From an uncultured archaeon (GTDB lineage: Archaea; Asgardarchaeota; Thorarchaeia; Thorarchaeales; Thorarchaeaceae), in NCBI GenBank assembly GCA_964354495.1, contig CAYHAA010000003.1, positions 70,507-102,506 of the forward strand: a stretch of 32,000 nucleotides of DNA, in the 5' to 3' direction. The notes beneath the pieces were generated by a model, which was not told where the DNA came from, did not search any database, and saw only the letters and a list, made by a program, of their open reading frames with translations. Every line of letters begins with the position of its first letter. The stretch's first letter is position 1. Both the position numbers and the translations under genes were made by a program. Positions 25,088-32,000 of this stretch are shown here, piece after piece.

Positions 25088-26278
25088 CTATGATCCTCTT
25101 CTGATTCTCTTCATTGTGGCTGAGTACCCTGCAACTCCGATAATAGTGGAAGCGAATAGTACTAGAACGATTCCCAAGAACGGATTGGTACTCAAGGAGA
25201 GTCCTCCACTAAACAGAGGGTCCGGACAGAATTGAGTTCCGCTTCTGGCATTTATCTCGAATTCTTCCACATACACACCGGAGGACACATTCAATTCATA
25301 CGCAAAGGCCCAGGCTGGTTCATAACCCGATTCAAACGGTATACTTCGAAGAAGTCGCAAGTGAACAGCTCGTTCTTTGTGGTCGTTAAGAACATGCTCT
25401 TGGGCAACTGTCCTCGCAGTCGAAATGGAAACGAGATTGGCCAGAGAAACCTCAGGAAGCTGAAGTGCAAAGTACTCGAAACAAAACACACGACCTGTTA
25501 CTGCGTCAATCTGCAAAAGAAGGCCTTGATGCATCCGTTCTGGGAGAACTCTGTTTCTGGCAATCCCAAGCTCAATGATGTACACAGGACGTGTCCAATT
25601 CTCTGGTTCACCAGGAGCAGATTCGTAGGAAAACATCTCAATCCTGGTGTCCAGCAGATAGGTACTGTAAGGTAGTGTATAGTTACGTGCCAAGAGGTAG
25701 TCGCGCCCTATGTATTGCGCTTCAGTCTCATTCTTCACCGGAATGTAGCTCTTTCCTGAATATAATAAGGCATGAAATTCCTCTGAAAGCACTTCATAGT
25801 AGCCAATGACTCTCCCGGTCACCGCATTTAGAGTCACACGTACGTATGCTTCGTAGTCATATATTCCGTTTTCAAGCCGTGTTCCGTTGAAGAAAACATA
25901 TCTCCATTCATTCATCCAGTTCGTCCCTGGATTCTCGGGATCTTCATCCAGAAAGACTCCCAGATCCTCATCGATGAATGAGAGCGCTTTGATTCTTCCT
26001 TCTTCATGGCTTATCGATGGACTCGGAAGATCAAGCTGGTATGTCCCTGCCCATCCCGGCCCTGACCAGTTGCCGGTGATGACTGCAGGATCGGTTTCAT
26101 TCGATAATAGAGGAGCAAACGCAGTCTGAGCAATTTCAACACCTGGCTCAGGAATATCTAAAGTGCTCGTTCCTGCCATCGAACTCAGTAAGAGAGGAAC
26201 AGCGAGGCCAGAGGTCATTGCAGCCGCAGTGATTAGCACAATGGTAATGACTCCTCTCCTAAACACTGCGTTCACCAC
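25088..26278 (-). CDS. Membrane-anchored protein with PepSY-like repeats
   Basis: N- and C-terminal TM helices; three motifs LNAVTGRV, IDAVTGRV, INARSG. Confidence 0.7.
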   Translation of the reverse strand: MVNAVFRRGVITIVLITAAAMTSGLAVPLLLSSMAGTSTLDIPEPGVEIAQTAFAPLLSNETDPAVITGNWSGPGWAGTYQLDLPSPSISHEEGRIKALSFIDEDLGVFLDEDPENPGTNWMNEWRYVFFNGTRLENGIYDYEAYVRVTLNAVTGRVIGYYEVLSEEFHALLYSGKSYIPVKNETEAQYIGRDYLLARNYTLPYSTYLLDTRIEMFSYESAPGEPENWTRPVYIIELGIARNRVLPERMHQGLLLQIDAVTGRVFCFEYFALQLPEVSLANLVSISTARTVAQEHVLNDHKERAVHLRLLRSIPFESGYEPAWAFAYELNVSSGVYVEEFEINARSGTQFCPDPLFSGGLSLSTNPFLGIVLVLFASTIIGVAGYSATMKRIRRGS

Positions 26279-26393
26279 TCGACAAGTATTTCAAAATACA
26301 CAAGGAGCTTTTTTGCTCTTAATTCTAACATTTGAGCTTCCAGACACCATGGTGAGCTAGTCTTAGAGCTAGACTAATCGAGCGATTGCAGAG

Positions 26394-26846
26394 CTAGATA
26401 GTGGGTCTGCTCCTCCACATACTCACAGCCTCGTACAAGAAGACGATTATCGAGAATGATGAGAAGAGAACAAGCAGGATGAAATGAGGTGTCAGGTACC
26501 ATCCGAACAGCCACAGTGCTCCAATAAGGTATGATATGGCGAAGAGCGAGTAGAACACATAGCGAGGGAGAAAGAACCCACCCAGTCCAACGAAGAATCG
26601 GAGGATTCCAACTCTGATGTACTTTGTGACTCGAAATCCTTCAATCTGGTCCATCTCAACCAATTCAAGGGCTTCAAGCTTCTTCAGATGGTATAGCACC
26701 AAGCTTGGACTTGAGATTCCCATTCTGCGCTGGATTTCTCTTGCCGAGATTGGTTTTGTCTGTCCAAGAAGAAAGAAGTACACTGCAAGGGTCTTCCCTT
26801 TCAAGTCATCCAAAGTCTGATTATCGTTCACGCACAAACCCCTCAA
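26394..26846 (-). CDS. wHTH (ArsR-like) regulator fused to C-terminal transmembrane helices
   Basis: AREIQRRMGISSPSLVLYHLKKLEALELV followed by 2-3 hydrophobic helices. Confidence 0.8.
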   Translation of the reverse strand: MRGLCVNDNQTLDDLKGKTLAVYFFLLGQTKPISAREIQRRMGISSPSLVLYHLKKLEALELVEMDQIEGFRVTKYIRVGILRFFVGLGGFFLPRYVFYSLFAISYLIGALWLFGWYLTPHFILLVLFSSFSIIVFLYEAVSMWRSRPTI

Positions 26847-27001
26847 ATGCTATCTGAAACATAGCTATAATAACAATTCTAGAACTACTATTCTTAGTAA
26901 AAACTATATACAACTTCTGTAGTTCATAACGAGGGGGTATCATGACAATGATAATTTACAGTTTAGTTTATCATAGGGCTAAATATCTCCAGGAGTAAGA
27001 A

Positions 27002-28657
27002 TTGAGAGAAGAAAAGACGATTTCTATTGTGATGATCCAATTCCTCATCATATCCACTTCGTTGGCATTTCTATCACCAATAGGACATACCAGTACAGGA
27101 CTCTTTTTCGCCCTGCCAGATTCAACAACGTCATCAAATTCGCCTGATTTGGATCCAAGTGCGGAATTGTTTCTGAACACGCAATGGGCTGAGCCACTGA
27201 CTACAGAACAGGCAGCAGTAATCGAATACAAGTCTATGAGTGATTTGTACTCTGAACCCGACTCATATGGCTTCTCAACTCTGGATCAAGAATCTGATGA
27301 TTTCAACAGCACTGGTTGTGCACCTCAGATATACGCGAGTGATGAACTAGCGGTAGAAGATGCCACTATCGAGAGCCTAGATGAATCAGGATGGCCATGG
27401 CAACCTTGGCTCTCTGTTCGCAATGATTTTCCAGCGTTGCCTCCAGCACCGGCTATGGAAGGCAGATGGTGGCCCAAAAAGAGCTATTCTACCCTATCGT
27501 TTGATATTCAAATTGACATCCCGATTTCAGGCGAATTGTATATCTGGGCCTGGATTATCCGTGATCAAGACTCCTATAGCAGATATCTGACTTTTCGGTT
27601 CGATAATAATTTTGTACAACAGTATATCATAGGCTGGCTTGGTTTCAAGAGCTCAGTGCATGTTCCTGCCTCTATGATAAACACTGGCTTAACCAGACAC
27701 AGAGTAGAGATATCGATTAACTACTGTGGTTACGTTGACCGTGGTTGGAAACTCCTCTACGGATGGGTTGGAAATGGAACTGGGCCTAACGGTGATCAGC
27801 AGACCCCACCAATGGATACTAGTGGTAATCTATATTCCATGACCGAGCTGACCCCGAGGACTGGGCAAACACATTGTGTAATGGAGTTTGATGTTCTTGC
27901 AGGCGAATACACACTATTGAATATCCAAACAGAGAATGTTGCAGATTCGACATCTCGGACTATATACGTGTATTTTGAGAATTCTGGTGGGACATATGAC
28001 TGGAAAGCCATGATTAGCAGCCCAGGGTCATATCAAGTATATCTTGGAGAACACACGGATAACGTTCATCGAAAATTAAAACTCGAATTCAGATATTTGC
28101 CTGATATTGATTATGCAAAGCGAATCAAACAACTGTGTGTGACTCACGTAGGATGGAAGCTTGAAATTGACTATATGCCAAGCGCTCCAATCTCATTATT
28201 GGTTTATCAGACTGATCAAATGAACGCTTACTACAAAACACATTCCTATCACTATGTGACTTACACCACATCACAAGATCTATCAGAAGACTATGAAACC
28301 ACGCAGCTTGAGCACTCTACGTATTTCTCCAGTTACTTCAATCATTGGGGCCAAGCAAAATGGGAATATGTAATCTACGTCAATGACCTAGTTGATAACG
28401 TTGGTAAGCACGGTGCAGGTTGGCACTACGCCCCGCAATTACTTGGCATTAGAACAGCAGATTATGGCATTGGCATCGCTGATAATTACTTCTATATGTC
28501 CTACGTGATATGGCACGAATACGGCCACCATATCTACATTTCTTGTCCCCCTGTGGGTCCCGAAGTCTACTGTTCGAATCCGGGCTGCGTGATGAATGGT
28601 ACAGACCCTGACGGGTGGTACTGCTTCTACCACTTCTGGGAAAGAAGAACTTTCTAA
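27002..28657 (+). CDS. Secreted protein with C-terminal HExxH zinc-metalloprotease motif
   Basis: Signal-like N-terminus; VIWHEYGHH at 28514-28528 followed by CSNPGCVM (Met-turn-like); TTG start, alternative ATG 27032. Confidence 0.7.
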   Translation: MREEKTISIVMIQFLIISTSLAFLSPIGHTSTGLFFALPDSTTSSNSPDLDPSAELFLNTQWAEPLTTEQAAVIEYKSMSDLYSEPDSYGFSTLDQESDDFNSTGCAPQIYASDELAVEDATIESLDESGWPWQPWLSVRNDFPALPPAPAMEGRWWPKKSYSTLSFDIQIDIPISGELYIWAWIIRDQDSYSRYLTFRFDNNFVQQYIIGWLGFKSSVHVPASMINTGLTRHRVEISINYCGYVDRGWKLLYGWVGNGTGPNGDQQTPPMDTSGNLYSMTELTPRTGQTHCVMEFDVLAGEYTLLNIQTENVADSTSRTIYVYFENSGGTYDWKAMISSPGSYQVYLGEHTDNVHRKLKLEFRYLPDIDYAKRIKQLCVTHVGWKLEIDYMPSAPISLLVYQTDQMNAYYKTHSYHYVTYTTSQDLSEDYETTQLEHSTYFSSYFNHWGQAKWEYVIYVNDLVDNVGKHGAGWHYAPQLLGIRTADYGIGIADNYFYMSYVIWHEYGHHIYISCPPVGPEVYCSNPGCVMNGTDPDGWYCFYHFWERRTF

Positions 28658-28680
28658 GAAACTGTTCCACGACTTGGTGC

Positions 28681-28716
28681 GGGTGAGTTCGCTTTAGCCT
28701 CTCACCCTTTCTTTCT
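28681..28716 (+). terminator. Hairpin plus pyrimidine tract terminator
   Basis: GGGTGAG-13nt-CTCACCC followed by TTTCTTTCT, 24 nt after the stop at 28657. Confidence 0.55.
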
Positions 28717-28798
28717 CTCCACATAGCTAATCAGAATTCCCTTCTGTCACTCGTCTACTTTATTAGATTGAAAGACCCTACAGTATCTAGGGAGTACA

Positions 28799-28984
28799 AT
28801 GGGTCGTGTTTCTATTCCAACGGGCAGTCTGCTTGTTCTTGGAGTCTTACTATTCATACTTGGAGGTTATAGTCCGGGCCAAGACCTAACTCCTTACTGG
28901 TGGGGTTTGCTGCAATATTTCTTCTTGACAGGAGGATCCATACTCATAGTACTGGCCATTGCACTTATGCTGAGAAAACGTTAA
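28799..28984 (+). CDS. Small two-TM membrane protein (paralogue of 24648-24869)
   Basis: LLVLGVLLFILGG...LQYFFLTGGSILIVLAIALMLRKR. Confidence 0.7.
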   Translation: MGRVSIPTGSLLVLGVLLFILGGYSPGQDLTPYWWGLLQYFFLTGGSILIVLAIALMLRKR

Positions 28985-29025
28985 AGACACCGGAGTGACT
29001 GCAACGAGACGGTGGTCAGTAGCTA

Positions 29026-29565
29026 ATGGGCCAGAATCCAAATCCCCCGGACAGTAGTGAGCAGGCATCCGGAGGGAACGAGAGACCAAGGGTGGACAGG
29101 GTGGTAGTATTTCTTCTCATATCAATGTTCATCAGCTTCGTTGTCTCAGTCATCGATTTTGTACTGCTGCAGATGATGGTCATTCAGATTCACTGGTTTG
29201 TCATTGGACTTCTATTGCTTGCCATTGGGTCAGTGACGAAGATTCTACCGCGGAAGAAGCTTGTTGAGGCTGGTCTCGGGAGCGCCCTGAACACTGCATA
29301 CCTCCAAGTCGTCAAGGACCAGAGACTGGTGACGGATGGTTTCTACAAGTACATTCGACATCCAATCTATTCCGGCGATATCATGCAGAAGTATGGATGG
29401 GTGATCATGCTCTCAAGCCTCTACGGTCTGGTGTTCGTGACCATAGGACTCTGTGGCTATCTCTACAGAATAAGGAGGGAAGAAGAGATGCTTGTTGAGG
29501 CATTCGGAGAGGAGTACAAGGAGTATCAGAAGACTACGAAGAAACTGATTCCTTACATATACTGA
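29026..29565 (+). CDS. Isoprenylcysteine carboxyl methyltransferase (ICMT/Ste14) family membrane protein
   Basis: LVTDGFYKYIRHPIYSG and REEEMLVEAFGEEYKEY....KKLIPYIY motifs. Confidence 0.9.
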   Translation: MGQNPNPPDSSEQASGGNERPRVDRVVVFLLISMFISFVVSVIDFVLLQMMVIQIHWFVIGLLLLAIGSVTKILPRKKLVEAGLGSALNTAYLQVVKDQRLVTDGFYKYIRHPIYSGDIMQKYGWVIMLSSLYGLVFVTIGLCGYLYRIRREEEMLVEAFGEEYKEYQKTTKKLIPYIY

Positions 29566-29630
29566 TTCAAGAGACCTTCTTAGTCTGCAGAGACTGCTGT
29601 GGCACATCGCGTGACGGAGGAGGAGCTGTG

Positions 29631-32000
29631 TCATGACGACGCCTTGACACAGCTTGGAATCTTCTGGAGCGGAGCCCTGCGTGTCCGGAGCACAGCCTTG
29701 GCAAGCAAGGCCGACATTGGAGCCCCAACTGCAAGGACTGCTGCAAGAGACAGCAAGATACTCTCTATGGAGCTTGCCTGAACTCCTGGGGACGGAGGCA
29801 GCGGCACCTTTTCGCTTCCAGATACCACCGCAATTCGATTAGACGAGAGAACAAACACATCAAAGGGTGCCAGGGTTGAGTCTAACTTCCCCGGCAGTGC
29901 CACAGTCATCGGTTCATCTGTCACATAGTGCCAGAGGAGATCTCTGGTGGCACCGCTAATCACGGTGATGTAGTTGTTGTTCCTCAGGACCAGATCAGCG
30001 TATGAGTCACTGTCCATGTTCCTGAACGAGAAGCCCACATCTGCGCCATAGACTGGCACTCGTAGCTGGGTGTCGAATCTCCAGGTCGCATCGCCTGTAG
30101 CGTTATAGGCAGTGACTCCTGCGTTCCGAACCAAGGCGGCCACCTCGTTGGCAAAGTCGCCCTCTATGTCAGCCGAGTAGATGTCCACCAACGTCTGATA
30201 GTCCATGCTCACTGAGCCTATCTCTGTCTGTGTGGACGAGCTGATGATGTCTATTCCGTAGGCGGTCTGTACCGCCACGGCATCATGCAGGAGAATCTTG
30301 TCGAAGTCACCTGAGACCATCTTGTCTCCGCCAACGCCGATGTTCACCTGGAAGATGAAGGTGCCCGTGTTCCCAGCATAGAATCTGACATTCTGGTCGT
30401 CACAACCAAAGGCGATGTCGTAGGTACTGGCTCCATTGAAGCGACCTGAGGTCATGTATGCGTCACTCCTTGTGCCATTGACACTACTGACATAGCTCGC
30501 CTTCAGGTTGTAGTTGTACCACACAACGTAGGACTTGGTGTCACCTGTGTTCTCGAAGAGTATCGCAATCTCGTCGTATTCATAGCTGGTACCAGTCCTG
30601 AAGTTTGCCACAATGCAGTCAACAATCCTCACACTAGCACTGGGGCTTGTCACTGCGCCCAGCTGTACACCAGTGTCGCCGTTCAGGAGAAGAACCTTGT
30701 TGCTATCGACAACGACAGCAAGGTCTCTGTTTCCTGCGTTGTTGAGGTTTCCGAACCTGACCTCTGAAATCGTCCCTGAGAACTTCGAAGACCAGAGATC
30801 GACGTCGCGGTAGGCGTCAATCAGTGTCAGGAAACTCCCTTGACGTACAACGACCTCATCGTATGAAGTGGGATTGACATCAAAGGTCCATGCGTTCTCG
30901 TATTCCTCTGTGAGCGATGTTCTTGCCCAGTACTCACCGCGAGGATTGTAGGCCCGTGTCCATTCCCACTCAGAAAGACTGGCCCGCTCCAAGAACAGCA
31001 GGTGAGAATACACCGTCGGATACGGGAATATCCATGCCAATGCCGAATCAACACCATCGCCGTCGAAGTCTACTGCGCCCAGACCCTGAACATACTGGCC
31101 GGTGTAGTTGAGGAACATCGGCAGCCCGCTCTTGCCATCAAGGGCAATGACCGTACTGGTGCTGTTCAGGCTCAACAAAACATCGTACTTGCCGGTACCA
31201 CCGAAGTAGCCGTAGGTCGCGCTTTGGACTTGGCCGAGATCACTGGTGTAGTGCCACTGTATACACAGCGTATTCGCCTCTATGAGATACACGCCGCTAT
31301 CCCTTGTCACTACGAGAAGCTCTGTCGTACGGTCGCCGTCGAAATCATCTGCGATAAGACCTCTACTAGACAAGTACTGGCTGATTGTAAGATTGTAGAT
31401 AATCCGTCCGTGGTACACGTCGGCAATCCGCACCACATTCTTTCCGAAGATGACTTCATCGTAGGTGTCACCGTTCATGTCTGCTGTTATGAACGCCTGG
31501 GGACTCCAGCTCGGTACCATGTTGTTCAAAGTATCAAACAGCACGGTCCCGTCGAAGGGATTGATTGCCTTTACCGCATAGGTGTCGTTTGCATAGGCAA
31601 CACCGACCAATCCCTCGTCAAAGTGTCCGACTGCGACTGCCCAGACATCTCCAATTTCGATGTCCAGCACATGCCATACTAAGCCGGTGCTGTTTATGAT
31701 ACATATCTGTGCATTGCCGGTGCCACCGTCTGTACCGACGACAACTTCGAGCAGGCCATCTCCATTCAGGTCGCCAATATCGTATGACTGTACCTCGTCA
31801 GCAAGAGAGCTGCAGTTCCAAAGGAGTGAGCCGTTCGTTACGTTGTAGGCAACGGGATGCCCATTCTGGTCACATCCAATGATCTCAGGAGTGGAGTCCC
31901 CGTTGATATCTTCGAGTCTGATCTGAGTGCCGAATGAAAACGAGTTCGTGACGTTCCATAGCAGAGTTCCGTTGTCGTCGAAGAGCTGGAAGCCCCCGCC
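29631..32000 (-). CDS. FG-GAP/VCBS-repeat beta-propeller surface protein, 5' end beyond the window
   Basis: Frame stays open from 31670 to 32000 (GGGFQLFDDNG...EDINGDSTPE...GDLNGDGLLE); repeated ADMNGD, DFDGD, GRFNG motifs; C-terminal TM helix. Confidence 0.85.
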   Translation of the reverse strand, partial: GGGFQLFDDNGTLLWNVTNSFSFGTQIRLEDINGDSTPEIIGCDQNGHPVAYNVTNGSLLWNCSSLADEVQSYDIGDLNGDGLLEVVVGTDGGTGNAQICIINSTGLVWHVLDIEIGDVWAVAVGHFDEGLVGVAYANDTYAVKAINPFDGTVLFDTLNNMVPSWSPQAFITADMNGDTYDEVIFGKNVVRIADVYHGRIIYNLTISQYLSSRGLIADDFDGDRTTELLVVTRDSGVYLIEANTLCIQWHYTSDLGQVQSATYGYFGGTGKYDVLLSLNSTSTVIALDGKSGLPMFLNYTGQYVQGLGAVDFDGDGVDSALAWIFPYPTVYSHLLFLERASLSEWEWTRAYNPRGEYWARTSLTEEYENAWTFDVNPTSYDEVVVRQGSFLTLIDAYRDVDLWSSKFSGTISEVRFGNLNNAGNRDLAVVVDSNKVLLLNGDTGVQLGAVTSPSASVRIVDCIVANFRTGTSYEYDEIAILFENTGDTKSYVVWYNYNLKASYVSSVNGTRSDAYMTSGRFNGASTYDIAFGCDDQNVRFYAGNTGTFIFQVNIGVGGDKMVSGDFDKILLHDAVAVQTAYGIDIISSSTQTEIGSVSMDYQTLVDIYSADIEGDFANEVAALVRNAGVTAYNATGDATWRFDTQLRVPVYGADVGFSFRNMDSDSYADLVLRNNNYITVISGATRDLLWHYVTDEPMTVALPGKLDSTLAPFDVFVLSSNRIAVVSGSEKVPLPPSPGVQASSIESILLSLAAVLAVGAPMSALLAKAVLRTRRAPLQKIPSCVKASS

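Noticed and set aside
28733-28750. Partial fifth repeat copy (AGAATTCC...TGTCA, like the C3 tail) upstream of the second microprotein
   Set aside because: The conserved 52-nt core is absent; the match is about 13 nt with a gap.
31002-31682. 226-aa plus-strand ORF, and similar long antisense ORFs at 301-849, 7671-8369, 25232-25675
   Set aside because: Shadow frames opposite well-supported genes; no motifs.

Overview
Archaeal window. Gene style points to Asgard archaea, most likely Thorarchaeota (inference from archaeal-type tRNA and GGTGA/GGAGG ribosome-binding sites, membrane-anchored family-5 solute-binding protein, several S8 proteases and an FG-GAP protein). GC-richer, housekeeping-like genes at both edges (nitronate monooxygenase; ICMT-family and FG-GAP genes) enclose a ~28 kb accessory region in three parts. 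(1) 1.07-6.3 kb: a methyltransferase between two tRNA 3'-end relics, then a defence-like cluster (AbiV-family, HEPN-like, Schlafen/AlbA_2, a tiny Zn-finger) beside an intron-containing tRNA-Lys(CTT). (2) 6.5-14.3 kb: a divergent pair made of an oversized, catalytically intact TnpB/Cas12-like nuclease (712 aa) and an 1800-aa protein with a Cas4/RecB-like nuclease domain plus a degenerate RecA-like region. The pair is bracketed by a perfect 9-bp direct repeat, CCACCAGCC. (3) 14.3-29 kb: cargo blocks (secreted proteases, nucleotidyltransferase, solute-binding protein, regulators, small membrane proteins) separated by four direct copies of a ~70-100 bp non-coding repeat whose left edge carries that same core. 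No CRISPR array, tnpA or integrase is visible. The link between parts 2 and 3 is the best candidate for an undescribed system, but it is a hypothesis from manual reading only.
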